Shown one piece after another: positions 30,901 through 43,351 of a DNA stretch of 64,000 bases. The stretch covers positions 218,302,001-218,366,000 of the forward strand of contig NC_091286.1 in the NCBI RefSeq assembly GCF_032444005.1, read 5' to 3'. The first letter of the stretch is position 1. Every line of letters starts with the position of its first letter. The notes beneath the pieces are model-generated. The model was not told the DNA's origin, searched no databases, and saw nothing but the letters and a program-made list of their open reading frames with translations. The translations under genes and the position numbers were made by a program. This DNA is from Ranitomeya imitator (Eukaryota).

Positions 30901-32401
30901 GACTCCCCGTAGACATCGCTGAATCGGCGTGTGTGACACCGATTCAGCGATGTCTTTGCTGGTAACCAGGGTAAACATCGGGTAACTAAGCGCAGGGCCG
31001 CGCTTAGTAACCCGATGTTTACCCTGGTTACCATCCTAAAAGTAAAAAAACAAACAGTACATACTTACCTACAGCCGTCTGTCCTCCAGCGCTGTGCTCT
31101 GCACTCCTCCTGTACTGGCTGTGAGCGTCGGTCAGCCGGAATGCAGAGCGGTGACGTCACCGCTCTGCTTTCTGGCTGCCCGGCGCTCACAGCCAGACCA
31201 GAGAAGCAGAGCGCCGAGGACAGACAGCAGAAGGTAAGTATGTAGCGTTTGTTTTTTTACTTTTTAGGATGGTAACCAGGGTAAACATCGGGTTACTAAG
31301 CGCGGCCCTGCGCTTAGTTACCCGATGTTTACCCTGGTTACCGGGGACCTCGGGATCGTTGGTCGCTGGAGAGCTGTCTGTGTGACAGCTCTCCAGCGAC
31401 CAAACAGCGACGCTGCAGCGATCCGTATCGTTGTCGGTATCGCTGCAGCGTCGCTATGTGTGACGGTACCTTTACACCTACTAATGTCTCTAAATAGTAA
31501 CCCTCTCAGGAACGATTTCATTGCATCCCAAACAGTTAGAACATCTGCACTCCCATCATTTAAAGCAAAGAATTCCGTCACCTCCTTCCCTATACCGTCC
31601 AAGTCAATACTCTGTAACCAGTTAGGATGGATCTTCCATTCTCTCCCACTTTGCGGTCCGTGTCCCCAACAACCTAACCTCCACCTCAATTGGACTGTGA
31701 TCCGAAAGGGCCCTCGACAGATAACGCACCTCTCCCACCATTGTGTCCAACAGGCGGTTACCCAGCGCCATATCAATTCTGGATAGAGTAGCATGAGCCG
31801 GCGAGTAGCACGAGTACCCTCTCTCCCCAACATGTCTAACTCTCCATAGATCAATCATGCCTATTTCATGCACATAGGTACCAAATGTTGTAGTGTGCCC
31901 CTCCGACCTGTTCTGGGTGTTCTTATTTTTATCCCAAAAGTCGTCACAGATATTGTTCAAATCCCCAATAATTAAAAGTGGTAGTGGTTCCCATCGTTCC
32001 ACCTTCTCCAACACCTCCCTGATCTTCTTACTTGAATATGGAGGTGGAATATACATTGCCGCAACACACAATCTCACTCCATACAATATACATTGTATCA
32101 CCACATACTGACCCTCAGCATCCACGCATACTTTCACCTCTTCATACTGCACTCCCATCGGCACCAACACTGACACCCCTCTTGAGTACGTCGAAAAGGT
32201 AGAATGATACCCTTTCTGTATCCACCGTCTATTCAGTACATCCACTTTCTCCTGTATCAAGTGCGTCTCTAACAAGCATATCATAGAAGCCCGCTGATCC
32301 TTCGCATACTGCAAGCTCGCAGCTCTTCTTGACTTATCCGCCAGACCGCTCACATTCCAACTCAATATCTTAAAGCGGTCTCCTATTATGTGACTCATCA
32401 T
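27920..32401 (-). pseudogene. L1 ORF2 (APE endonuclease, RT, C-terminal Cys-rich), disrupted
   Basis: ILSWNVSGL, IGDLN, SDHSP; YRPISLL, GTRQGCPLSPLLF, YADD; CPRC...HMMWTC. MITE at 30748-31471, nonsense codon at 28944-28946, frameshift near 28830. Confidence 0.93.
30748..31471. mobile_element. Harbinger-type palindromic MITE (724 bp), TTA TSD
   Basis: TIR aggtactgtcacac / rc aggtaccgtcacac; TTA at 30745-30747 and 31472-31474; removal restores ORF2 (DISRCKRRTREAERVAMEEL). Confidence 0.93.
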
Positions 32402-32838
32402 CTTTAATTATGTCGTTACTCCCGATTCTGAGCTGTCTAACTTCCCTCCCCACCCTTACCCCCCCCTCCCCCACACCCCCCAATACTATACATTCTGCCT
32501 CTTATCAAGAGTGGGGCACCATCACCCATTGCGAACACTCTTGTTAGCGTAACCTTCTCCTTCCGCCTCCCGCTACCGTTTATAACAGAATTCGGCGCAA
32601 GTCTTAGAAGAACAATATAATTCAACCTGTATTACATTACAACTACAAGAAACTAAATAAACTTTAGTACGCTGCACACCCTTCCTCCCTCGTACTTCTC
32701 CGCCGTATCAGCACTCCCAGTGCATTCCCTGAATAATACCCAACCTGCACATTTCAATTATCAATGTACTGTCAGTCAAACTCTTTTTCTCCTTTTTAAA
32801 AGAATTAAAATACCTCCCGACTAACCCACCCCACATTT

Positions 32839-33906
32839 TCAATCTCCTTTCCCTTTAAGCTTTTTAGCGTTAAGATCTATCCACTGGGTAGCGTCCTCCG
32901 GCGTCTGGAAAAAATGAATCTTATCCAACGCTACCACTCTCAGTCGTGCCGGAAACATCATGGAGTACTGCACTCCCAGTTCTCTCAGCCGTCTCTTGAT
33001 ACCCGTGAACATCATCCGTTGTTTCTGTACCAGGGCGGAATAGTCAGGGTAAATAGCAATTCTTTGACCTCCAATTGTCAGATCCGTCATGTCTCTAGCC
33101 TTCCTCAGGATAATGTCTCTGTCTCTGTAGTTTAGGATTTTGGCAAGCATGGTACGGGGACTTGCTCCAGGGACAGGTGGTTTCGGTGGGACCCTGTGGG
33201 CTCTTTCTACCGCAAATACTTTTGTCAGTGCTGCATCACCAAAAGTCTCAAGGAGCCAACTTTCAATATACTCCGTGGGATTCCTCCCCTCAGTTTTTTC
33301 AGGGATACCCACTATACGAATGTTATTTCTTCTGGACCTATTCTCCAGATCCTCATTTTTTGCAGCCAGCTCCGATATTGCCTGAGTAAACTTCCTCTCC
33401 GCTTTCTGCAGCTGCACTATATGGTCTTCTGCAGTGCTCACTCTTTCCTCCACAGCCCCCACACGTTTGTCAATCTTCTGCAGGGCTGCATTTATCTGGG
33501 CTGTATCCCCCTTGACCTCCTGTATCTGCTGGGTAAGGGATTGTTTGCATGATGATACCAGTGCAAAGACATCTCTAAGGGTGGGCTCTGCTCCTGACTC
33601 CTTATCTTCAGGTCCCCCTACTACCACCGCCATGTCACCATCCCTGCTCCCCTGTTGTACCTCCTGCTCCTCTGCTGGGCTTTCCTCCTCTCCTTCTGTG
33701 TCTGTGTCTGCTCCGGCGTCCTCCTCTGCTTTTCCTGTGTTCCCTGCGGCCTCCACTCTAGCAAACTGCTGGAGCTTTGCCGCCGCCGCCGCCATTCTCT
33801 TCTGGCATGCCGCGTTGTCCTTCTCCGCCTTCTCTCTGGCGTCGGCGCCATCTTGGCTGATCCCAGCCTCGCCGGCTCCTGCATCTCTTTGCCTCCTCCT
33901 GGTCAT
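32839..33906 (-). CDS. L1 ORF1p (355 aa; coiled coil, RRM, CTD), intact
   Basis: EDLENRSRRNNIRIVGIPE, ERAHRV, IAIYPDYS, YSMMFPARLRV motifs; no stops. Confidence 0.92.
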   Translation of the reverse strand: MTRRRQRDAGAGEAGISQDGADAREKAEKDNAACQKRMAAAAAKLQQFARVEAAGNTGKAEEDAGADTDTEGEEESPAEEQEVQQGSRDGDMAVVVGGPEDKESGAEPTLRDVFALVSSCKQSLTQQIQEVKGDTAQINAALQKIDKRVGAVEERVSTAEDHIVQLQKAERKFTQAISELAAKNEDLENRSRRNNIRIVGIPEKTEGRNPTEYIESWLLETFGDAALTKVFAVERAHRVPPKPPVPGASPRTMLAKILNYRDRDIILRKARDMTDLTIGGQRIAIYPDYSALVQKQRMMFTGIKRRLRELGVQYSMMFPARLRVVALDKIHFFQTPEDATQWIDLNAKKLKGKGD

Positions 33907-34078
33907 ATTTATTGACCTCGGGGCCGCCTCTATACACCGCCGCACTCCCGGGACTCTCCTGCAGCCGGTACGCGCCTTGAATCGCCACTCAGCTGCGGCT
34001 TATAAGGATAATGTCAGCGTTAGCAGCGGGAGCGCTCTATCACCCGTCCGCTCACATGGACGTTCAGGCCACACCCCC

Positions 34079-35923
34079 CACCCAGGCATTCTTACCCTAC
34101 TTTTCCCTCAAACATCTCAGAGGGGCATGGCCTGACACTAGCTTAAACCTAAAGCCTAGCAGGTAACATTTCAGAGTATCTACTGCCCGTTTTATGGCTA
34201 AGCACTCCTTCTTGACAATGGCATAGTTTCTCTCGAAAGAAGAGAGCTTCCAGCTCAGATACAGGATGGGATGTTCTTCCTCATTTATTTCTTGAGACAG
34301 CACGGCTCCAAGGCTGACTTTTAACGCATCTGTCTGGACCACTAATTTTTTGCTGAAGTCCAGTGCAATCAAAACTGGATGTTTACACAAATACCGCTTT
34401 AGCTCCTGGAACGCCATCTCAGTCTCAGCAGTCCATTTAATCACCGTTGATTTGATGTCTTTAAGAAGATCCATCAAAGGTGTTGCAAAAACTGGGGATA
34501 TACCGATGGTAATATTCCACAATTCCAAAAAACACCCTCACTTGCTTCTTGGAAAGCATTTGTGGCCACTTCTGAATCACCTCAACCTTGCTTATTTGTG
34601 GCTTGATTTCACCTCATGACATAGCCTAAGTACTTGGCCTCTTCCTTCCCTATGGTACATTTTTTCGGGTTTATGGTGAACCCTGCATTTCTCAACACAT
34701 CCAGCATAACCTGTACCTTTGGTAGCTGATTACCCCAGTCAGGGATAAAGAACACAATGTCATCTAGGTAGGCCACAGCATACTTATGCAAAGCTAGGAT
34801 CAGATCCATAGCCCTCTGGAAGGTTGCTGGGGCCCCCTGAAGTCCGAATGGCATTCTGATGTATTGTAAACACCCATCAGGTGTCGAGAAGGACATCTTC
34901 TCCTTGGCACTCTGGGACATGTGGATCTGCCAGTAGCCCTTCGTCAGTTCGATGGTTGTAACATACATCGCAGTTCCAAATCTTTCATAGAGTTCGTCCA
35001 CTCAATGCATTGGATACGCATCACAACTGGAGACCTCATTTAGCCTGCGGTAGTCATTACAAAACCGCCATGCACCATCGGGCTTTGGCATGAGGACAAT
35101 GGGACTTGACCATTCACTTTTTGACTCCTCTATCACCAGGGGGTCTAGCATTCTCTTCACCTCATTTGACATTACCTCCTGTTGTGCCTCGGGAATTATA
35201 TAGGGCTTGAGGTTCACCCTTACATGTGGCTCTGTCAATACGCCATGCTACACCACCTGCGTATGACCTGGCAACTCAGAGAACAGGTCCCGTTTCCGCT
35301 GCAACAGCTCCTGACACCGTTGCCTCTGGGCCAGCATTAGAGTCTCTGCAATTGTGACATTGTCCACTGTGGCTTTAGGACTAGCTCCCAGGCAAGTGGT
35401 TTCCAGTGATTCCAGATCACGCCAGAGCTTGAGCAAGTTCACATTATATATTTTGTGTATATAGCTTCCTTCGACCTGCCTGGTGTACCTTGTAATTCAC
35501 CTCACCCAGTTTTTCCACCACCTCGTATGGGCCTTGCCACTTGGCTAGGAACTTGCTCTCCACCGTTGGGATAAGCACTAGCTCGTGGTCCTCAGGCTGG
35601 AAGTGCCTCAGCATCACTGATTGGTTATACACCTTTTGGCCCCTATGCCTGGAAAAACTGCGCCTTTACGATAGGCATTACTTTCATCATCCTCTCCTGT
35701 AACTGGGCGACATGCCTTATGATGCTCTGGTGTGGTATGACCTCGGCTTCCGAGGTTTCCTTGGCGATTTCCAGGAGCCGTCGCAGATGGCGACCACTCA
35801 AGAGCTCGATCGGCGAGAAGCCAGTGGAGTCTTGAGGAACTTCTCTGATGGAGGAAAATAGAAATGGAAGCAGATAGTCCCAGTTTTGACTGTCCTTCTC
35901 AATGACCTTTTTGAGCATGGCCT
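34079..35923 (-). mobile_element. Gmr1-type Ty3/Gypsy pol remnant with IN-RT-RH order
   Basis: Minus strand: IN tail (WDYLLPFL..REVPQDSTGFSP; AKWQGPYEV; HVNLLK), then RT (WSSPIVLMPKPDG..FCNDYRRLN; YLDDIV), then RNase H (QTDA..LGAVLSQ; ECLAIK). Frameshifted. Confidence 0.9.
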
Positions 35924-35927
35924 TTAA

Positions 35928-36077
35928 AGGGAACCTGTCACCCTCAAAATCAAAAGTGAGCTAAGCCCACCAGCATCAGGGGCTTATCTACAGCATTCTG
36001 GAATGCTGTAGATAAGCCCTCAATGTATCCTAAAAGATGAGTAAAAGAGGTTAGATTATACTCACCCAGGGGCGGTC
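35928..36077. mobile_element. T2/Kolobok-type MITE fragment
   Basis: TTAA followed by agggaacctgtca terminus; internal palindrome gggcttatctacagcattc/gaatgctgtagataagccc. Confidence 0.65.
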
Positions 36078-36609
36078 AAAATACTGACCTGACACCTGTA
36101 GGCACGTGTCTCTGAAACCCCAGTTGACCTACAGTATACTCACGTGTACCAGCAGCTATTCTAAACAGACAAGTTTTGGTCCTCTTCATCTGTTTATTGG
36201 AGTAAGTAAATAATTATATAGAACTAGTTTGCATGTCATTATATCCATGTTGATATAGGGTATTAACTACCGTATCACTTCATTAGCTTCTACCATTGGA
36301 CACTCCATCCTCCTATGGCTCTATGAATAGTTTTCAACTTCCTCAACTACAAAAGTGAGTACACCTTACTTTTTGTTATTCACATCACAACATACAGTAT
36401 AACCTTTTTTCAGCTTAGCGTGGTGAATATTGTAATAGATTTTTTCAGTTCTATGTATTAACAGGGTCAGACACAGCACCTGTTATTCACCAGCAGCAGT
36501 TTTTTCTTTCTCCCCTAGTGGATAGCGCCAGTGTATTGTAGTTCAATAAATTAAAAAAGCATCCCTTTAGCCTTACTATTTACTTTACTGTAAGTATTGA
36601 GTATGTTAT

Positions 36610-37706
36610 TGTGGCGCCCCAGAGGGTTCCGTCACCACAGAGGTATTGCACATCAGCCAGAGGTGTAATATTCCGCTCTCGGGTAAGAAGGGCACACTAC
36701 TAAGTACCCACACACTAACACCCAACACTACACCTCTCCAGGCCAAGGAGGAACTAGGTAGAAGGAGTGGGTGGAGAGAGTGACAGTTAGAGGAGTTGTC
36801 ATGGAAACTAGAGGGAGGAGTTAGAGAGTGAGTAAGGAGAATTTGAGGAGAGCAGATGTGCAGGAAGAAGCTCCTGACAGAAAGAAGAGAGAGAAGAGGT
36901 CCTAGGAGCACGGATAGTGAGGAATCCACCCATAGGGCCCGAATCCATGCCAACCATAGTTGGGTGGAGGGACCAGGTCACAGTGGGGGAACCAGCCCCC
37001 AGACTAGTGGAAACTACAAGGCCCAGCTAGCCAGCCGGAGACTGTGGTAATTGTATGTGTCACAGCCACAACAACACACATTCGCTGAAAAGGCAGCCAC
37101 ATAGGATCAAGGGGACCAGGAGGACATCACCCGACAGGATCCGAGGCTGCTGGCTTGGGACACTGTGTGTGAAGGTGCAGGGCAGGAGAGGTGGGAGCCA
37201 GCGCAATGAGACGGCTAGGGAAGGCACATAAAAAGGGGATCCTGGCAAAGTGGACCCCAAATTACCTGAGAGCTGGCTGAACCACAGACCCGGAGGACAC
37301 AGCACCCGGCTGGGAATGCATTTAAGAACTGTGAATAAAAGTGTGGAAACTGCACCTTGCTGTGTCCTCTGAATTATTACTGGGTCACTTGCCCTGCATC
37401 ACAACATCCACCATCATTAACTTTAACTCTTTAACTGCCCTGGGGCCCAGCTCTACCCGTGGAGAGCTGCAACAACTTTGCTGCATCACCATCAGCCTCA
37501 GCGGTCCCCTTAAGCAGCGTCGGCCACTCATTGCAGAACACCACGGGTGGTGTCACAAACAAATCCCCTATAAACTTTATTTCCCCTTCAAATCAGAAAT
37601 TTTATTGGATGCCCAGTGCCACGGACCGGGTCACTGTTGCCGTGACAATCCCCTTAAGAACCGTCGGACTCGGCCCAAGTTCCGCACGGCCCCGGTGGGC
37701 GCTCCA
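36610..37706 (+). mobile_element. Solo Gypsy-type LTR (1097 bp), 4-bp TSD TTAT
   Basis: tgtggcgccc...gggcgctcca termini; TTAT at 36606-36609 and 37707-37710; AATAAA near 37335; same family as 47685-50044. Confidence 0.9.
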
Positions 37707-38140
37707 TTATTAACTTGAAATCCTCTTTTTCTTCCTTGTAATCTAATTGCCACACTAATTATTTTGCGTGATGAAAAGTTTTAAAACTTTTCTATTTCTG
37801 GTCCAGAACATTTTCTGGTAAATACAATTTTATTGCTCACAGGTGCACATGTTTCTTCACTATTCTCATGCATATTTTATATTGTGCGTACCTTACATCC
37901 AATTTTGAATTAGGGACTTATACATCAAATTATTATGCAAAATGTTTAAGGATAGCCATTTGTGATGTGTGAATATTAACATATCCAGTACTAACGAAAA
38001 GCCAAAATTTAGGGCTACATTTGTACCATCCTACATATAATCCAATGATTTAGAATTTTTGGGACAAGGCCCTTTAAACAAATGTAAATATTTTTTGGAC
38101 ATGAATATTGCATTGTTGGTGCAAAGACCAAAACTCTTGA

Positions 38141-38250
38141 CTAGGGATGAATGGACCAATGGAAGTTTTACCGAACTTGAATCCAAAGTACCTGAACCCA
38201 AACTTGAACCTGAATCCAAACCCCATTGCAATTAATGTAAACCCAAACTT
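38141..38250. mobile_element. hAT-type MITE end fragment
   Basis: tagggatgaat terminus and ccgaac/gaaccc repeats with ccccattg..ttaatg, as in other TAG-ended MITEs in this window. Confidence 0.45.
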
Positions 38251-39330
38251 TGGAGCTGGAAGATCTCTTTCGGTTTCTCTCTCTCTCTGTTGGGTACCCT
38301 TGATGAGTGCAACACAGAGGCAAAAATTGACCTAAAGTTGTCTCTTAATTTTTGGGTTTCTAACAGAAGGCAGCATGATGCCAAGCATGACCCCAAATGG
38401 TCAACCCTCCAGATAACGGACAGGGCTTCATCTTGAAGCTGTTGTGTTTCCATTACCTGCAGAGATTTTTGAATGCGCCAAGCATGGTAGAATTCAGGAA
38501 AACATGGGGGACTGTGTGGTGTGGAGGGATGGCCAGTAGGCCAACTCAAATTGTGGAGGTGTGGTTGCTAGAGATTTGGAAACTGCTGGTAATCTTGGTT
38601 CTGGCACCAGTTTCCCCCTCCACTTCAAAAGCAGGACTAGTCTAGGAAGTGGCATCACTCTCCCTCAACTGTAGTTTACGCGGCAGTGCAGTGACAGCTG
38701 ATAAAATTCTAGCTGACCTGTAAAGACATAAATTTGGTTCCTTTTCACACGCTTGTAACATGTTCCAGAATAAAGTGCTTTAAACGGTGAGTGGTATGCT
38801 ATTTTGGGTCTATATCTTCAAAACTGCAAAAATGTTAATGATAAGCAATGCATGAATGTGAACACAGGGTTTATTACATACACACCCTAGGTAGGACGAA
38901 CTGCTGCTGGTCATTAAATTTTATTCTCTGACACAATGAACAGGAGAGGAGTCATTTCTTATACACATCTGTTTCTTGAAACAGTCCCACACCGACTTCC
39001 ATTAAGTTTTGATGTTCACATTTGTATGAATCTAAAGAAATAAACAACAGAATTTATGCTTTATACTCCTTTCCACATAATTTTTGTGTGTTAACATAAA
39101 CAATTGATTGTGTAAATCAAATGAATGTTTCAATAGACACTGATATATACACAAAGTAGTAATTGGTTGGCTGAAAATAAATACGTGGCCATGATGTGTT
39201 GCTCTTGTTTGAATTGTTTATGAAAAAGCAACTGCTGGCCAAAAGTGGTTCAGCATATTTATAAAGATCAATTGTCTAAAAACATAAAAATAAAAAAAGT
39301 ATTAAAAACTTAGTGAAAAATCACACCCAT

Positions 39331-39557
39331 CACCTTTTGTTCTGCGCTGGAGTCCTGGGTTCTAATCCCACCCAGGACAACATCTGCAAAGTGTTTGAAT
39401 GTTCTCTCTGTGTTTGCGTGGGTTTCCTCTGGGTACTCCGGTTTCCTCCCACGTTCCAAAGACATACTGATAGGGAATTTAGATTGTGAGCCCTGCTTGG
39501 GAAAGCGATGATAATGTGTGCAAAACTGTAAAAATTATTATTATTATTATTATTATT
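39331..39557 (+). mobile_element. tRNA-derived V-SINE-like element with (TAT)n tail, 5' truncated
   Basis: Pol III B-box ggttctaatcc; V-SINE core tgcgtgggtttcctctgggtactccggtttcctcccac..ccaaagacat; L2-like tail ending in ttattattatt. Confidence 0.8.
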
Positions 39558-40243
39558 GTTCTGCCCATTAATGTGCAGCACGTTATTTCACAATATAGTA
39601 CCAGTTGTCACCATTAGAGGTCATTAGGTGCACATTTAGCCTGTTCTGTATCCAGGAGCTTATCGCTTTAAGTTTGTGTTCTGACTAGAACCCCCCCCCC
39701 CCCTACCGGTTTCCCGGGCAAAGTAGCCATTTTCCCCCGGACCTTGAGTCCTACACACATGTACCTGCCAAGTACTCATGCACTATTTCCTTTGTGGTTT
39801 TTACCTGATCATCCATTATATTGAATATCTCACAATATCATGTACTATTGTTGTTCATCGTTCACCATCTCAATAAATATAATAAATATGGACTTAAGAA
39901 CCTATACAGTCTTTTTACTGAGGCAATGGATGAAGGTTTAGCCGTATGCTGGAATCCACACAGCATCATACATGGAGGAAGGCAGAACACCTTTTGCTGA
40001 TGATCGGGGTACAGTGCCTGACAGACTGCTATACAGGTTTCATCCCATCAGATTATTTTACCCAGAAGCTGTTTTATCCCAAAGTTTTGAGCAAGCATGG
40101 ACCTTAAAAGACAAGAAAAAAATAAAGTGAACACTTTCTGTTAAAAAGAGACAGTTATTTTTCCACCAATACATACATCAATATTTTTATGCTTTGGCAT
40201 GTTTTTTTATGGGCCTCCCAAAATATGGCACTTTTCTTTAGCT

Positions 40244-41690
40244 CAGTGGTGTGAAATACTTTCTGTCCCCTTCCTTAGTTCTTATTCTTTTGCATGTTTG
40301 TCACACTTAAATGTTTCAGATCACCAAGCAAATTTAAATATTAGACAAAGATAACACAAGTAAACCCAAAATGCAGTTTTTAAATGAAGGTCTTTCTTAT
40401 AAAGGGAAAAATAAATCCAAACCTACAAGGCCCTGCAAGAAAAAGAAAAAGTGATTGCCCCCTAAACCTAATAACTGATTGGGTCACCCTTAGCAGCAAC
40501 AACAGCAATCAAATGATAACTGGCAATGAGTCTTTTACAACGTTCTCTGCAGGAATTTTGGCCCACTCATCTTTGCAGAACTGTTGTAATTCAGCCATAT
40601 TGGAGGGTTTCCAAGCATCTACCGCCTTTTTAAGGTCATGCTGCGGTATCTCAATTGGATTAAGGTCAGGACTTTCAGTAAGCCATTCTAAAGTCTTAAT
40701 TTTATTTTTTTTATGCCATTCAGAGGTGGACTTTCTAGTGTGTTTTGGATCATTGTCCTGTTGCATAACCTAAGTGCGCGTCAGCTTGAGGTCACGAACA
40801 GATGGCCGGACAATCTCCTTCAGGATTTTTTGGTAGACAGCAGAATTTATGGTTCCATTTACCACAGCAAGTCTTCAAGTTTCTGAAGCAGCAAAACAGC
40901 CCCAGACTATTACACTACCACCACCATATTTTACTGTTGGTATGATGTTCCTTGTCTAAAATGCGATGCTATTTCTATGCCAAATGTAATGGGACATACA
41001 CCTTCCAAAAAGTTCAACTTTTGTCTCGTCAGTCCAGAATATTGTGCAAAAATTCTTGGGGATCATCAAGATGTTTTCTGTCAAGACTGAGAAGAACCTT
41101 TATGTTATTATTGCTCAGCAGTGGTTTTCGTCTTGGATCTCTGCCATGCAGGCCATTTTTGCCCAGTCTCTTTCTTATGGTGGAGTCACGAACATTAACC
41201 TTAACTGAGGCAAGTGAGGACTGCAGTTCTTTGGATGTTGTTGTGGGTTCTTTTGTGACCTGTTACAAGAGTTGTTGCTGCACTCTTAGGGTAATTTTGG
41301 TTGGCTGTCCACTCCTAGGAAGGTTCAGCACTGTTCCATTTTTTTGGCAATTGTAGATAATGGCTCTCACTGTCCAAGTGTTGCAGTAATCAGGTCAGGG
41401 TGTGGTTAGGGAATTTGAACTCTGCTTCCCAAAGATGTGATAAACCACAGTTAATTTATGTTTTCAGGAATGGGGGAGATCACTTTTTCACATGGGGTTC
41501 TGTAGGTTTGGATTTCTTTTTCCCTTAATAATAAAAATCTTCATTTAAAAACTGCGTTTTGTGTTTACTTGTGTTATCTTTGTCTAATATTTAAATTTGT
41601 GTGACAAATCTGACACATGTCTGACACATGTGACAAACATGCAAAAGAATAGGAAATCAGGAAGGGGGCAAGCACATTTTCACACCACTG
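40244..41690 (-). mobile_element. Tc1-like DNA transposon, decayed
   Basis: TIRs cagtggtgtgaaa / tttcacaccactg followed by TA; long TIRs; transposase MQQDNDPKHT...SPDLNPIE on minus. Confidence 0.92.
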
Positions 41691-41763
41691 TAGGTGGTAG
41701 GTTTTTGGTGAAGGCAATGACAAAGGTAAAGGACATAAGGCATTATACTTTATTATAGTCTTA

Positions 41764-42039
41764 ACAGGGTTGTCCAGGTTTGGACTGAAAGTCTGCAGTC
41801 ACTGTATATAACTATAGGTTTCTGAATTCTCGCAATAAGTGCTTTGCATGCTTCCAGCCGTATTTGGACTGAATGTGCATGGTCTCAATATGAGTTGAAG
41901 AGATTGCACACGCCTAGTCAGAATGTGGCGAGAAATATGCAAAGCTCATATATGCAGTCACATGACCACCCACTCTCACCGCCAATGCAATGTAAGGACT
42001 CGAAAATCTGCAGCTTTCAACTCAAACTGGACAACCCTT
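41764..42039. mobile_element. T2/Kolobok-type MITE
   Basis: ttaacagggttgtccag ... ctggacaaccctt|ttaa. Confidence 0.75.
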
Positions 42040-42043
42040 TTAA

Positions 42044-42901
42044 AAATATTCTGTCAGCAGTATTTTGCTATGTAAACTACAGACAGGGCCATATTAATGC
42101 TGTAATATTGATTAAAATGATACCTGCGATGATGAAATCAGATTTGTTATTCTTGTGTAACTAGTGTTTAAAGTTTTGCTGCAATTATGTCTTCATGTAT
42201 TGTGGCGGGACTATGGGAAGTTTCTTTTCTTGTTGCTCTGGCCCCTTCGTCTACCTCCTGCAGGAATGTCAGATCATTGATCCTTCAGTGACCTGCCTCC
42301 TATTTTGAATATTATGCCTGCGCAATACTTCATTTTGTCTTAAAAATATTAGCTCTCAATCAAAATGGCACCGGCATCTAAAAGTCTACACTAATTGTCA
42401 CTCTGTGTTTGCGCTGCCCCCGTGCCCAGAGGACCAGCAAAAGACTGCACACACAGGAGCCCTTGCAGAAGAGGAGACGGTGAACATCGTATTGATCCTC
42501 TGGGAGCAGGGAGTGGCGCATGCGTAGATTGAGAATTAGTATAGGCTTTCAGATGCAACCATGCACGCACTGCCACCATTTAGAGAGGTGGTTAATGTTT
42601 TTTGGAGCTAAAATAAAGTACTGCGCAGGCGCAATATTTAACATAGGAGGCAGGTCACTGACGGATGAGCTATCTGTCATTCAAGCAGGAGGCAGACGAA
42701 GGACTAGAGCAATGAAAAAAGTGACTGCCCATAGCCCGCCCCGATGCACAAAGATATGATTGCAGCAAAACTTTAAACACTCGTTACACAAAGAACCACA
42801 AAATAGATTTCTTGACCGCAGGTATCATTTTAATCATTATAACAGCATTAATATGGATCGGTCTGTAGTTTATACAGGAAAATCCTGCTGACAGGTTCTC
42901 T
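42044..42901. mobile_element. T2/Kolobok-type MITE with ~150-bp TIRs
   Basis: ctgtcagcag...gcaattatgtctt is mirrored by aagatatgattgc...ctgctgacaggttctct; TTAA on both sides. Confidence 0.8.
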
Positions 42902-43351
42902 TTAAGGGAACTGAATAAAGACATCTGACAAGGTCTTTTTTCCTTTCCTTTAGTCAGGGCCTGAAGTAGCATTTTTGGCCTAAAGTTCATTCTGAGTTTT
43001 AATGAATTTGGCAAGCAGGCATTACCCAACTTCACCCATTGTGGACGAAACTGAGGTGAAAATGCCAAAAGTAGCTACATTTTTGTGCAGTTTCATTTTC
43101 CGACATGTTAGGTGTTAATACCAGAATTTTTACATAAACTCCGTGATTATTCGGGCCTATATCCCCAATTGATTAGGACTAATATTGTGCACATCAGTCT
43201 TAATGAACGCGGTTATCTTTGAGTGTTTTTTGTATGATTTGCAGGCATTATTTTAAAGAGGTGGCCTGAAACAAAAATCTATTTTAATCCTAAATCCCAA
43301 TATATTTAATGCCATAATCTAATCTTTTTTTCTAATATACTTTAATTAATT

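Larger units (their letters stand above)
27639..34078 (-). mobile_element. Full-length L1-clade LINE (inactivated), 15-bp TSD
   Basis: TSD cacccaggcattctt at 27624-27638 and 34079-34093; G-rich 5' end; AATAAA and A-rich tail at 27639-27675; ORF1 and ORF2. Confidence 0.95.

Noticed and set aside
38255-38690. Possible decayed hAT transposase (PCLAH/PCF-like strings on minus)
   Set aside because: Motifs fall in different frames with many stops; too weak to call.
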